A stretch of 64,000 nucleotides of DNA from contig CAYQYP010000061.1 in the NCBI GenBank assembly GCA_964421755.1, positions 24,143 to 88,142 on the forward strand, written 5' to 3'. The DNA comes from an uncultured Acidobacteriota bacterium. Lineage in GTDB: Bacteria > Acidobacteriota > UBA6911 > RPQK01. The notes beneath the pieces are model-generated. The model did not search any database and was not told the origin of the DNA. It was given only the letters and a program-made list of their open reading frames with translations. A program made the translations under genes and the position numbers. Of this stretch, positions 1-9,686 are shown piece by piece; the stretch's first letter is position 1; every line of letters begins with the position of its first letter.

Positions 1-252
1 CTCGGCTGTCTGCGCTCGGAAAAGGGTCTGCTGAAGTTTCTGCCACCCGACTTACGTAGCGGCTTGGAGCCGTGTGACGAAACGGGCGCGCTGGCCCGCT
101 ACCCACTCGCTGAGCGAGTCGGTCTCTATCGGCCAATCGTAGATCGACTCCGCGAGATCTGTCCGGTAGGGCTGTGTGAAGAGACCTTGGACGTTTGGCA
201 GAAGACACTGCCTGATCAGATTCAGCGGCCAACCTGCAACTGCGCCCTGTAG
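1..252 (+). CDS. 3' end of a protein-coding gene running in from upstream of the window. Frame 1 is open from base 1 to a stop at 250-252. Product unknown.
   Basis: Uninterrupted frame from the window edge with protein-like composition (…RYPLAERVGLYRPIVDRLREICPVGLCEETLDVWQKTLPDQIQRPTCNCAL*). No start codon is present because the gene is truncated by the window. Confidence 0.3.
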   Translation, partial: LGCLRSEKGLLKFLPPDLRSGLEPCDETGALARYPLAERVGLYRPIVDRLREICPVGLCEETLDVWQKTLPDQIQRPTCNCAL

Positions 253-346
253 GATGGGGAGCGCTTGGGACACGGAAGGAACCAACCCAGACGATTAAGG
301 CCGGGTCATGTCCCGTTCGAACCGTGAGACAGGCGCCCGCTCACCA

Positions 347-439
347 TCAACCGCGCTGCTTTGAACGAAGCACCAAAGCCACGATGAGCAACAACACGAG
401 CCCCGCGACTACGATCCACTGCCAAGTTTCCATCACCAT
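347..439 (-). CDS. Small 30-aa single-TM membrane peptide (MVMETWQWIVVAGLVLLLIVALVLRSKQRG).
   Basis: The ATG is preceded by a strong SD (cAGGAGAGaaccgatATG), and the N-terminal half is a hydrophobic helix. The gene is short, so confidence is low. Confidence 0.3.
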   Translation of the reverse strand: MVMETWQWIVVAGLVLLLIVALVLRSKQRG

Positions 440-600
440 ATCGGTTCTCTCCTGACGTCCAGGGCCCCCCAGCCACTTATGCAGATTGGACTGTCAACAG
501 CGGCGATGCTAGCACGGGAGAATCGTTCCGACAAGGCGCTTTGTGAGAGATTCACCGGCTGGCACTGACCGACTGACCTGACCTGCTGCCCACTGATCGT

Positions 601-727
601 GCCAACCGGGCCGGAAAGCGGCGGATTCTGAACCGCGAATCCGCCCTACGACCGCTCACTTTCGCACGACGGGTAGTCGTAGGGCGGATTCGCGGTTCAG
701 AATCCGCCGCTTTCCGGCCCGGCTGGC
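601..727. repeat. Copy A of a roughly 130-bp nested palindromic (REP/MITE-like) element. Each arm (CCAACCGGGCCGGAAAGCGGCGGATTCTGAACCGCGAATCCGCCCTACGAC / inverted partner) also contains a local hairpin.
   Basis: A long near-perfect inverted repeat is read directly in the sequence. Near-identical copies occur at 37101-37229 and 58651-58791, and a short version at 32725-32782. Confidence 0.8.
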
Positions 728-759
728 TCGTTCGAGATCGTCAGCAGTGTTATTCGTCA

Positions 760-790
760 GCCGGTCAGTTGGTCAGTGGGTCAGTGGGGT
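760..790. repeat. Tandem 8-mer repeat (NGGTCAGT x3) immediately downstream of the stop of the 795..1175 minus-strand ORF.
   Basis: ccGGTCAGTtGGTCAGTgGGTCAGTgggg. This is the reverse complement of the GCTGACYR repeat at 58573-58638. Confidence 0.7.
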
Positions 791-794
791 GGCT

Positions 795-1175
795 TCAGAT
801 CTTCTTTCCACGAGGAGGAGGGAAGTGCGCAGCCAGCTGCGATTCCACATCAGTTCCCTTGCTGTCAAAATGCTCGAGGATAGCCTCGGGGATCGTCTCG
901 TACTCGGACTGCGGGTACACACCGTAACCTTGTTCTCCACGTACCAGCCAGAAATCTCCCCAGTCGGCAAGATGAAAAGAAAAGGCCAGGAACTTGTAGC
1001 CGAAAACGTCGGCGGTGCCTTCGAACGTCACCTCAGCGTCGGGAAGATGAGCTGCTTTCCGAAGGTATCCGCGGGCCTCGGCTTGCAGCCCAGCTTTGTC
1101 CACTTGCCCTCTCTTCTTGATTCCCATACCACGTCCGTACGAAACCATCGTAAACCGGGTAGCCGAGGAGTTCAC
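795..1175 (-). CDS. Hypothetical protein (126 aa; GTG start, or about 117 aa from the internal ATG).
   Basis: Open frame with non-repetitive protein-like composition (…GYKFLAFSFHLADWGDFWLVRGEQGYGVYPQSEYETIPEAILEHFDSKG…). No recognisable family and no clear SD. Confidence 0.4.
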   Translation of the reverse strand: MNSSATRFTMVSYGRGMGIKKRGQVDKAGLQAEARGYLRKAAHLPDAEVTFEGTADVFGYKFLAFSFHLADWGDFWLVRGEQGYGVYPQSEYETIPEAILEHFDSKGTDVESQLAAHFPPPRGKKI

Positions 1176-1278
1176 GCCGCCGCACTCGGTTTGTGCGAAC
1201 CGCTTTGCTAGACTCTAGTCAGGCATTCCGGGCGAGCGCAACACGCCTGCCCTTATCTCATCGGAAGGAGTTTTACCT

Positions 1279-1491
1279 ATGATGAACCACGGAAAGCGGG
1301 GGGCCAAACACCCCGAGGCCACCGGTCGCAAGACCGAGGAAAAGTACCGCAATCGATCTGCAGTTCAGGAATGGGAGGAGGCGAGCCCTGACGATCTCGA
1401 AAGCAACACCACAAATCCCGAGGTGGATGAGGACCGCGGGGATGAGAGCCCCGATGATTTCGAGGAGCTGATCAGGGAGGAAGGCCGTTAA
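1279..1491 (+). CDS. Small, highly acidic hydrophilic protein (70 aa) of unknown function.
   Basis: Very strong SD (GGAAGGAGttttacctATG). A charged low-complexity C-terminus (DEDRGDESPDDFEELIREEGR) is followed by a heptamer-repeat terminator-like hairpin. Confidence 0.5.
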   Translation: MMNHGKRGAKHPEATGRKTEEKYRNRSAVQEWEEASPDDLESNTTNPEVDEDRGDESPDDFEELIREEGR

Positions 1492-1492
1492 G

Positions 1493-1576
1493 CAACTGCC
1501 CACTGCCCACTGCCCACTTCCCGCTGCGCACTTCCTACTGGCCTTTGGGCAGTGAGTAGTGCGCAGTGGGCAGTCG
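1493..1576. terminator. Bidirectional terminator-like hairpin built from a CCCACTG heptamer tandem repeat and its inverted copy (…CTGCCCACTGCCCACTGCCCACT…AGTGAGTAGTGCGCAGTGGGCAG), between the convergent small ORF and korB.
   Basis: Inverted repeat with a tandem 7-mer, read directly. A related CGCACTG repeat lies at 63971-64000. Confidence 0.55.
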
Positions 1577-1582
1577 TCTTTC

Positions 1583-2476
1583 TTAACTGGGCTGAAACAG
1601 GCTCAGGATCTCGGCCGCCGGTTTCGCCTGGTCGGAAACGCTGGTCTGAAGACCGCGGACTGCCGTCTCATAGGTCATAGGCGGCTCCGGGTTGCGGTAG
1701 AAGACACCGGTGTATAGCTGGACTCCGTACTCCTGAGCGAGAGCCATAGCCCGCAAGCGATCGCCCCGGTCATGACCAAGGTCCTTCAGCTTCTGCATTT
1801 TCTGCTTTTGAGCCGACAGTTGCTGCTCTTCTTCACCGTACGTCACACAAGGCGACTGGACATTGATGAAAGCGAATCCCGGGTAACGAATCCCTTCCTC
1901 GATGATTTCCGCAAGTCCTGCCATATCGGCCGGAGTTCCCTGCGCTACGTAGCCGGCACCGTAACCGAGAACATACATCAGTGGATTGACCGGGTCTTCC
2001 AGGCTTCCGTGAGCGGTCGAAGCGGTTTTCAAACCGCGTGGCGACGTCGGGGATAGCTGTCCCTTGGTGAGCCCATAAATCTGGTTATCCATCAGGATGT
2101 AAGTCAGGTCGACGTTTCTTCGGATGGCGTGTGGGACGTGTCCGCCTCCGATCGAGAACCCGTCCCCGTCTCCGCCGGCAACCAGGACCAGCAACTCCGG
2201 ATGTGCCAGTTTTATGCCCTGCGCGATGGGTAGTGCGCGGCCGTGCACGCTGTTGAACCCGTAGGCGGTCGTGTAACCGGGAATACGGCTCGAGCAGCCA
2301 ATGCCGGAAACGAATGCGATCTCATGGGGCGGGCGACCAATATTCGCCAGCGCTCGATAGATTGCAGAGACCACGCCGAAATCGCCGCAACCTGGACACC
2401 AGATCGGCTTCAGTTCGCTTTTGTAATCTTTTGCCTGGTATTCCTGGATCGGCCGGGCGGTTGTTGTCTCGCTCAT
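1583..2476 (-). CDS. korB: 2-oxoacid (2-oxoglutarate/pyruvate):ferredoxin oxidoreductase beta subunit, TPP-binding.
   Basis: CPGCGDFG Cys motif and GGDGDG TPP-binding motif over a typical 297-aa length. It follows the alpha-subunit gene at a 38-nt gap. Confidence 0.85.
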   Translation of the reverse strand: MSETTTARPIQEYQAKDYKSELKPIWCPGCGDFGVVSAIYRALANIGRPPHEIAFVSGIGCSSRIPGYTTAYGFNSVHGRALPIAQGIKLAHPELLVLVAGGDGDGFSIGGGHVPHAIRRNVDLTYILMDNQIYGLTKGQLSPTSPRGLKTASTAHGSLEDPVNPLMYVLGYGAGYVAQGTPADMAGLAEIIEEGIRYPGFAFINVQSPCVTYGEEEQQLSAQKQKMQKLKDLGHDRGDRLRAMALAQEYGVQLYTGVFYRNPEPPMTYETAVRGLQTSVSDQAKPAAEILSLFQPS

Positions 2477-2514
2477 GTCTTACCTCGTATGTAACTGTAT
2501 TGCGCTGTATTGCG

Positions 2515-4308
2515 TCAGCCTAGCTGCGGTTCCGGCTCGGGCATGCGCCCGCTTTCCAGCCTCACTTTCAATCGTCTCAGACGGGCGAGGACCTCTTCTG
2601 GAAGAATCGGGTTTGATCCGCTCTTGGCCATCGACTGAACTCCGGGTGGGACGTTCACAAACATCCGCAGCAACCGATACAGCTGTCCCTGGTGCGACTG
2701 TTCAATCACGAGCCCCGCCTTGACCGATGCGAAAAACTCGTTGTAGATCTCTTCGGGTATCGGATAGAGCAGTTTCGGCACCATCAGCTTGACCCGCATC
2801 CCTTTTTTTCGGGCGAGCTGGAGGGCTTCGATGGCCATGCCAGCCACGCTACCCCAGCTGATCATTGCAACCGGAGCCGCTTGGTCTCCTTCGATAAAGA
2901 ACAGGTCGCGGCGCGACTTCAGGGGGAGCAGCTTCCGGATTCGCTTTTCATTCATCTGGGCATGTATTTCACCCTTGGCTGTTGGGGCGCCCCTCTCATT
3001 GTGTTCGATGCCCGACGCCAGGTAATTTCCCCCCGGCATCCCGGGATGGCTTATCGGGCTTATCCCCGAATCAGTGATGCGGAAACGCACGTAGCTCTGG
3101 AGCTCGGATTCGTTTGGGAGTTGGCGGCTGACGATCTTGAAGCGGGAGGTGTCGATCGCCGGGACCGTCTCTTTCCTTTGCGCAATCTCCTGATCCGAGA
3201 GAATGATGACGGGCGTCTGGTACTGTTCGGCGATATTGAAGGCCTCGACGGTCACTCCGAAAACATCGTGCACATCGGTGGGCGCCAGAACCGGTCTGGC
3301 CGCGTCCCCGTGCGCCGAGAAAACGGCCTGGAACAGGTCGGATTGTTCGCTCTTGGTCGGCATTCCCGTCGAAGGCCCACCGCGTTGAACGTTGACACAG
3401 ACCAGCGGAAGCTCGGCAATGGTCGCGAGCCCGAGGATCTCGGTTTTCAACGACATTCCAGGACCCGAAGTCGCCGTCATGGCTTTCTTTCCGGCAAAAG
3501 AGGCGCCCACCACCGAGCCGATGCCGGCGATCTCGTCCTCGGCCTGCAGCACTGTCCCCCCGTATTTCGGCAGCTCCCGTGCGAGAAACTGCATAATCTC
3601 GGATGAGGGAGTGATCGGGTAGCCACCGAAGAACCTGCAGCCTGAAAAAATGGCGGCCGCCGCACACATCTCGTTTCCGTCGACGAGAAGGTTCTTTTCG
3701 CCCGACGGTTTTGACGGCGCCATGACCATATCGAGCTGCAGAGGGTTCTTTTCGGCGAAATCCAGCCCTGCCGCGAAGGCGCGCTCGTTCCCCTGAAGAA
3801 CCTGCTCGCCCTTCTTTGCAAACTTCTTGCGGATGCCGCCGAGGATGCCTTCGCGGGCCAGACCGAACCACCCGGACAGCAGGCCGAGAACGACTATGTT
3901 CTTCGCCTTGTCGGTTCCGGCATGCTGTCGGGCCATGTCCTGAATGGGCACCGCCAGGGCGACCGCAGGGGTCACTTCGGTCAACGGCAGCTGATCAGGA
4001 GCAACTTTTGTCTTGCTGTCGTAGATGACCACTGTTCGTCCGTCGACCGGGAGCTCGCCGCCGAATCGGAGAAAATCATCCCAGTTGAGAGCTACCGCAA
4101 CATCCAACGTCCCACCGGGGTTCAGGACCCGGTCGGTGGAAACACGCAGCCGGCAAGATGATTCGCCGCCACGGATCTGCGAGCCGAAGCTCTTCGTCAA
4201 AACAGCGTGATAGCCTTCGATGGCCATTGCCGTCATCAAAGATTCGCCGGCTGCCACGATGCCGTCGCCTCCGGCTCCTGCCATTCCTATGATCAAGTCG
4301 TTTCGCAT
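2515..4308 (-). CDS. korA: 2-oxoacid:ferredoxin oxidoreductase alpha subunit (fused gamma-alpha type).
   Basis: N-terminal MRNDLIIGMAGAGGDGIV start typical of KorA gamma domains, and a length of about 600 aa. The start was chosen at the ATG at 4308 (SD aGGACGAatcggacactATG) rather than the longer ORF beginning at 4362. Confidence 0.8.
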   Translation of the reverse strand: MRNDLIIGMAGAGGDGIVAAGESLMTAMAIEGYHAVLTKSFGSQIRGGESSCRLRVSTDRVLNPGGTLDVAVALNWDDFLRFGGELPVDGRTVVIYDSKTKVAPDQLPLTEVTPAVALAVPIQDMARQHAGTDKAKNIVVLGLLSGWFGLAREGILGGIRKKFAKKGEQVLQGNERAFAAGLDFAEKNPLQLDMVMAPSKPSGEKNLLVDGNEMCAAAAIFSGCRFFGGYPITPSSEIMQFLARELPKYGGTVLQAEDEIAGIGSVVGASFAGKKAMTATSGPGMSLKTEILGLATIAELPLVCVNVQRGGPSTGMPTKSEQSDLFQAVFSAHGDAARPVLAPTDVHDVFGVTVEAFNIAEQYQTPVIILSDQEIAQRKETVPAIDTSRFKIVSRQLPNESELQSYVRFRITDSGISPISHPGMPGGNYLASGIEHNERGAPTAKGEIHAQMNEKRIRKLLPLKSRRDLFFIEGDQAAPVAMISWGSVAGMAIEALQLARKKGMRVKLMVPKLLYPIPEEIYNEFFASVKAGLVIEQSHQGQLYRLLRMFVNVPPGVQSMAKSGSNPILPEEVLARLRRLKVRLESGRMPEPEPQLG

Positions 4309-4436
4309 AGTGTCCGATTCGTCCTGGCCCGTATGTAGGCTTGATGTGATCGAGCGTGCCATGTTACACGTTCAACGCGTTTTAGTTCAAAAAGCAAATT
4401 GGGAGTTGTGCGAAGATAGCCATAAGGGAGGGTTGG

Positions 4437-7358
4437 ATGGCGAGGTCACTTTCGTACATCTGTTCTCTTGTGGTCGGGCTGTCGTTTTTCTCCGGATTCG
4501 CACAAAACCAAAGCGTCGAGCAGCGGGTCGAATCGATTCTTGGGCAAATGACCGCCGGTGAAAAGCTGGACTACATCGGCGGGATCGGGTTTGCGATTCG
4601 AGCGATACCCCGTTTGGGGCTTCCAGAAATCCTCATGTCGGATGGACCGGTCGGAGTCCGTAATTACGGGCCCGCGACCTCCTATCCGGCCGGTATTGCC
4701 CTCACTGCAACCTGGAACACCGATCTCGCCGGCCGCATGGGGTTATCTCTCGGACGCGACGCGCGAGCGCGGGGTGTCCACATACTCCTAGGTCCGGGGC
4801 TGAACATCTATCGGTCGCCTCTATGTGGGCGGAATTTCGAATATCTTGGCGAGGATCCACTTCTGGCCTCGCGCATGGTCGTTCCGCTGGTTCGCGGAAT
4901 TCAAGAGCAGGGTGTCCTGGCGACGTTGAAGCACTACGCGTGTAACAACCAGGAGTATGATCGGCATTCCGTAAGCTCCGATCTGAACGAACGCACCCTC
5001 CGTGAAATCTACCTGCCGGCTTTCCAGGCCGGTGTTGTGGAGGGTCACGCCGGTTGTGTGATGAGCGCTTACAATCCGGTCAATGGTACGCACTGCACCG
5101 AGAACGAGTTCCTCAATAACACGATTCTCAAGGGTGAATGGGGATTCGACGGAATCCTGATGTCGGACTGGGGGGCCACCTACGACGGGATTGCCGCCGC
5201 GAACGGCGGCCTCGACCTCGAGATGCCGACCGGGGCTCACCTGAACTCCAGCCTCCTGGCCGCTATCCAGGCAGGCCTGGTGCCGCAGGCCGCCATTGAT
5301 GATAAGGTTCGACGGATCCTCCGCAAGATCCTCCAAATGGGCTTTCCTGACCGCCCGCAGCTCGACTCGTCCATACCGCTGGCTGATCCTTCATCTAACC
5401 AGACGGCGCTGGAGATTGCGCGTGAGAGCGTGGTTCTTCTGAAGAACGAGGGCCCGATTCTTCCCCTTGCCCGAGACCAAGGGAAATCGATTCTTGTGAT
5501 CGGGGACAACGCTCACCCCGGCGTGCCGGCAGGGGGAGGCAGTTCGTACACGGCCCCGATCCAGCCGATCAGTGTAACTGAAGGGCTGGAGGCAGTCGCC
5601 GGTCCGAACTTCTCGATCACCCATCTGCCGACCCCATATCTCCCATACATCCGCTTTGAGACCACCGACCAAACCGGCTCCGTCCAGCCCGGTTTCAGCG
5701 CCGCGTACTTCGCCAATCGAAGCCTCTTCGGGGTGCCCACCATCCGACGGGTCGACACGGAAATCGCCTTTGACTGGGAAAATGGTTCACCCCACCCTTC
5801 GCTTCCAGCCGACGGCTTCTCCGTGAGGTGGGAGAGCCGGCTCAAGGTCGATCAGAGCGGGGTGATTCGGTTCGAGACTCGTTCGGACGATGGTATCCGC
5901 GTCTACCTTGATGGTGTCGTGGTCCTGGACGACTGGTCTGATCATTCTGCCCGTCCGATCGTATGGAATGTCCAGGTTTCGGCCGGAGAGGTCTACGAGC
6001 TCACGGTTGAATATTACGAAAACACCGGTCGAGCGTCGGTGGAGCTTTCAGCGCGCGTGAATCCCAACCAGGGCGCTCTGCTCGAGTATCTGGATGAACA
6101 CGGAAGCGCCAAGCCGGGGTTGCTCGGCGAGTACTTCAACAATACGCAATTGTCGGGAACACCAGCCTTCACCCGGGTTGACGACGAGGTGAATTTCGAG
6201 TGGGGGGCGGCCTCCCCGGTCCCCGGGCTGAGCGCCGAAGGCTTCTCCGTCCGATGGTCGGGGCGCATCCGTTTCAGCCAGTCGGGGAAGTATCAATTCA
6301 CCACTCGCTCGGACGACGGAATCCGGCTGTACCTGGATGGCCGCCTCTTGATCCACGATTGGTCGGACCATGCCGCTCGATCCACCGGTGCCGTTGTCTC
6401 CGTAGAAGCGGATCGAAACTACTCACTGGTGATCGAGTATTACGAAGGCACCGGTGACGCCGTAGCTCAATTCAGCTGGTGGCCCGTTTTCATGTCCGAG
6501 GTCGTCAGGACTGCGGACATTGCGCTCATTTGTGCCGGTTTCGATTCTGAATCAGAAGGCGAGGGATTCGATCGGACATTCTTCCTGCCGGGCGGCGAGG
6601 CGGCTATGATTTCCGAAGTGGCAGCTGCCAATCCGAACACGGTTGTCGTTCTGTTTGGCGGTGGTGCGATGGATATGCAGGGATGGCTGGGGGCGGTTGA
6701 CGCTGTTCTTCACGCCTGGTATCCCGGACAGAACGGGGGCAGGGCCATAGCCGAAGTGCTTTTCGGAGAGGTCAATCCGTCGGGCAAACTGCCCGTTACG
6801 TTCGAAAGGCAGTGGGAAGAGAATCCCGTTTATCCGCACTACCATGCCCCCGCTGGCGGGGCGACTCGTTACGAGGAGGGAGTTTTCGTCGGCTATCGCG
6901 GATTTGACCGCGCGGGCCTCGAGCCTCTGTTCCCGTTCGGATTCGGTCTGTCATACACCAGTTTTGAGTACTCGGACCTCGAGATCGCTCCCGGCAACTC
7001 CCTGAGCGGCACTCGGTTGCAGGTCTCCTTCTCGGTTAAGAACACCGGGACACGAGCCGGAGCTGAGGTTACGCAGATCTACGTCGAGCCACCCGAGAGC
7101 CCCGTCGAGCGCCCGGTTCTTGAACTGAAAGGTTTTGAGAAGGTCTTTCTCCAGCCCGGAGGAACCCGGCGCGTGACCGTTCAGCTCAACCAGCGCTCGC
7201 TTTCTTACTTTGACACGGCGGCTGCCGGGTGGAAAACGGTGGCTGGCGTCTACGGATTGGCGGTCGGTGCTTCCTCCCGCGATGTGAGGCTCCGCGGCCA
7301 GTTCCGCTTTACGCCCCCAAACCGGGTCAGGCAGGTGCGCCGGTCGAGTCTGCGGTGA
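4437..7358 (+). CDS. Secreted glycoside hydrolase family 3 beta-glucosidase with two tandem PA14 domains inserted between the catalytic and C-terminal GH3 domains.
   Basis: Signal peptide present. GH3 motifs (KHYACNNQEYDR, GFDGILMSDWGA) are followed by two homologous roughly 120-aa blocks (…FSVRWESRLKVDQSGVIRFETRSDDGIRVYLDGVVVLDDWSDH… and …FSVRWSGRIRFSQSGKYQFTTRSDDGIRLYLDGRLLIHDWSDH…). SD AAGGGAGGgttggATG. Confidence 0.85.
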   Translation: MARSLSYICSLVVGLSFFSGFAQNQSVEQRVESILGQMTAGEKLDYIGGIGFAIRAIPRLGLPEILMSDGPVGVRNYGPATSYPAGIALTATWNTDLAGRMGLSLGRDARARGVHILLGPGLNIYRSPLCGRNFEYLGEDPLLASRMVVPLVRGIQEQGVLATLKHYACNNQEYDRHSVSSDLNERTLREIYLPAFQAGVVEGHAGCVMSAYNPVNGTHCTENEFLNNTILKGEWGFDGILMSDWGATYDGIAAANGGLDLEMPTGAHLNSSLLAAIQAGLVPQAAIDDKVRRILRKILQMGFPDRPQLDSSIPLADPSSNQTALEIARESVVLLKNEGPILPLARDQGKSILVIGDNAHPGVPAGGGSSYTAPIQPISVTEGLEAVAGPNFSITHLPTPYLPYIRFETTDQTGSVQPGFSAAYFANRSLFGVPTIRRVDTEIAFDWENGSPHPSLPADGFSVRWESRLKVDQSGVIRFETRSDDGIRVYLDGVVVLDDWSDHSARPIVWNVQVSAGEVYELTVEYYENTGRASVELSARVNPNQGALLEYLDEHGSAKPGLLGEYFNNTQLSGTPAFTRVDDEVNFEWGAASPVPGLSAEGFSVRWSGRIRFSQSGKYQFTTRSDDGIRLYLDGRLLIHDWSDHAARSTGAVVSVEADRNYSLVIEYYEGTGDAVAQFSWWPVFMSEVVRTADIALICAGFDSESEGEGFDRTFFLPGGEAAMISEVAAANPNTVVVLFGGGAMDMQGWLGAVDAVLHAWYPGQNGGRAIAEVLFGEVNPSGKLPVTFERQWEENPVYPHYHAPAGGATRYEEGVFVGYRGFDRAGLEPLFPFGFGLSYTSFEYSDLEIAPGNSLSGTRLQVSFSVKNTGTRAGAEVTQIYVEPPESPVERPVLELKGFEKVFLQPGGTRRVTVQLNQRSLSYFDTAAAGWKTVAGVYGLAVGASSRDVRLRGQFRFTPPNRVRQVRRSSLR

Positions 7359-7460
7359 CCCCGCTGAACCAGGCCAGCCAAGGAGCTTTGCTTCGAGTGT
7401 GCTTCGTGGTAACCTCCTGGTTTTTCCTGGACTCGAAGTCTGGAAAGGGCAATCCACCCG

Positions 7461-8333
7461 ATGAACAAGCTGAAATTGGGGCTTCCGAAAGGCAGTCTGC
7501 AGGAATCGACCCTGCGCCTCTTCGCAAAAGCGGGCTATCAGATCACGGTTTCAAGCCGCTCCTACATGCCCGCCATAAATGACTCGGAGATCGAGTGCCT
7601 GATGTTCCGCGCACAGGAGATCGCGCGTTATGTCGAACGGGGCGTCCTCGATTGCGGCCTGACCGGCAAAGACTGGATCATGGAGAACGACGCGGACGTG
7701 AAGGAGATCGAAGACCTCATGTACAGCAAGGCGACGGCCCAAGCTTACCGCTGGGTGGTTGCCGTCCCCGAGAACTCGGAGATCCGCACGGTCAAGGATC
7801 TGCAGGGCAAACGGATCGCCACCGAGTTGGTCAGCGCGACCCGTCGCTATCTCGCGCGACACGGCGTTTCGGCCGAGGTCGAGTACTCCTGGGGTGCGAC
7901 CGAGATCAAGGCGCCGCAGCTCGTTGATGCCATCGTTGAGGGAACCGAGACCGGTTCCTCACTTCGCGCGCACAACCTCCGGATAGTCGATACCGTAGTC
8001 GAATCCACGACCAAGCTCATCGCTAACCGAGCCGCGTGGGAAGAACGGTGGAAGCGCGAAAAAATCGAGGTTCTGGCGATGCTGCTGAAAGGCGCGCTGG
8101 AGGCGGAGTCGAAGGTCGGTCTGAAGATGAATGCCCCAAAGGACCGACTGAAGGAAGTGACCAGCCTGTTACCTGCCCTCCATGCCCCGACCATCTCGAA
8201 TCAGACCGATTGTGAGTGGGTCGCGATCGAGGTTGTAATCGACGAAGAAGTTGTGCGAGACATCATCCCCCGGTTGCGCAGAGCGGGTGCCCAGGGCATC
8301 ATAGAATACCCGCTGAACAAGGTGATCTACTGA
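7461..8333 (+). CDS. hisG: ATP phosphoribosyltransferase, long form.
   Basis: 290 aa with characteristic LGLPKGSL and C-terminal regulatory domain sequence. It stands alone, without other his genes. Confidence 0.85.
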   Translation: MNKLKLGLPKGSLQESTLRLFAKAGYQITVSSRSYMPAINDSEIECLMFRAQEIARYVERGVLDCGLTGKDWIMENDADVKEIEDLMYSKATAQAYRWVVAVPENSEIRTVKDLQGKRIATELVSATRRYLARHGVSAEVEYSWGATEIKAPQLVDAIVEGTETGSSLRAHNLRIVDTVVESTTKLIANRAAWEERWKREKIEVLAMLLKGALEAESKVGLKMNAPKDRLKEVTSLLPALHAPTISNQTDCEWVAIEVVIDEEVVRDIIPRLRRAGAQGIIEYPLNKVIY

Positions 8334-8418
8334 CACGGGGCCGCCTTCTCTGCATGAACGGTGAGGAAGAGGTAGAATAGGGTGCAAATCTGCCTCGCCT
8401 AACCGGAGGAGAATAAGA

Positions 8419-8727
8419 ATGGCGGTTTTATACGAATCGAAAAGCAAGGCACCCAATCCGGATGCCCGGAAAACTGATTTTCTCTACCAGGCTGCCTGCG
8501 CGATCCAGCCCTATATCGAAGAGGCTGCCTGCGGTACTTACATCGTCTGCGTCCGTTTTGCCGGCGCTGAGGGCTCGGACGGTGTGATTCATTGCTCTTG
8601 CCATGCGGACGAGGAGCAGGCTCGCAAGGCTTTGACGAATGTCGAGCCGCCTCCCAATCAGCGCCTTTTCGACTACATGTTTGGAACGCGTGAGGACTTT
8701 ATCGACGCTCTCACGTGGCCGGCGTAA
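8419..8727 (+). CDS. Hypothetical protein (102 aa).
   Basis: Good SD (cGGAGGAGaataagaATG) and protein-like composition. No family recognised. Confidence 0.5.
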   Translation: MAVLYESKSKAPNPDARKTDFLYQAACAIQPYIEEAACGTYIVCVRFAGAEGSDGVIHCSCHADEEQARKALTNVEPPPNQRLFDYMFGTREDFIDALTWPA

Positions 8728-8751
8728 AGAACGGGTCGAGGGGGTGACGGG

Positions 8752-9522
8752 TTGCGCGAAACGGTGCTCATCACCGGGGCATCCGCCGGAATCGGGCTCG
8801 AGCTCGCACGGTTGTTTGCTGCGGATGGTTCGGATGTGGTCGTTGTCGCGCGCCGGGTCGACCGACTCAACGAACTGGCTGACGAGTTGAGGAGCCGGTT
8901 TAAGTCAAATGTGATAGCCATCCCGGCGGACCTGACGGAGAAAGAGGCGCGCACCCGCCTCTTCGACGGCCTGCGCCGGGATGGTGTTCAGGTTGATGTC
9001 CTGGTCAACAACGCCGGTTTTGGCGCCCACGGCGCAATCGTCGACCTTCCCGTCGAGCGCCAGCTCGAAATGATCGAGCTGAACGTTGCCGCTCTGGTCC
9101 ACCTTACCTGCCTGTTCCTCCCGGGGATGAAGGAGCGCGGACGGGGAGGTATTCTCAATGTCGGATCGACTGCGGCTTTCCAGCCCGGTCCGTTCATGGC
9201 TGTCTATTACGCCACCAAGGCATTCGTGCTCCACTTCACCGAGGCTTTGGCGACCGAGTTGCGCGGCAGTCCTATTATCGTGACCTGCCTGGCCCCTGGG
9301 CCGACCCACACAGAATTTGCCTCCACAGCCGAATTGGAACGGACCCGGCTTTTCAGCTCCGGAGTGATGGATGTCCAGACTGTCGCCCGGGCCGGTTATC
9401 GCGGCTTCCGCCAAAACAAGGCAATCGTTATTCCCGGGCTGAAGAACAAGGCCCTGGCCTTTGCGGTGCGGCTGGTCCCACGTGCGGTCGCACGCCGCAT
9501 TGTGGAAATGATCAACAGCTAG
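8752..9522 (+). CDS. Short-chain dehydrogenase/reductase (SDR) family oxidoreductase.
   Basis: TGASAGIG Rossmann motif with a YxxxK-type catalytic region. TTG start preceded by GAGGGGG. Confidence 0.8.
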   Translation: MRETVLITGASAGIGLELARLFAADGSDVVVVARRVDRLNELADELRSRFKSNVIAIPADLTEKEARTRLFDGLRRDGVQVDVLVNNAGFGAHGAIVDLPVERQLEMIELNVAALVHLTCLFLPGMKERGRGGILNVGSTAAFQPGPFMAVYYATKAFVLHFTEALATELRGSPIIVTCLAPGPTHTEFASTAELERTRLFSSGVMDVQTVARAGYRGFRQNKAIVIPGLKNKALAFAVRLVPRAVARRIVEMINS

Positions 9523-9686
9523 CTAGGAGCGCATGTAGCCCTGCCGCTTTTCGGAGCCGCGCACGAAAGCGAGGGTGTTGAAAATGTTAACTCGTAAAGG
9601 CAACACCGTGACTGGTACGCCTCCTTTGCGTCGACCCCTTGACATTCCTCGATGGCATCGCCAAGATCCCCGTCGGAGAGCACTCA

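Noticed and set aside
3071-3871. 266-aa Arg-rich ORF on the minus strand, plus several other 60-300-aa ORFs inside korA.
   Set aside because: It is antisense to or out of frame with the well-supported korA gene. Arg/Pro/Gly-rich composition is typical of spurious ORFs in high-GC DNA.
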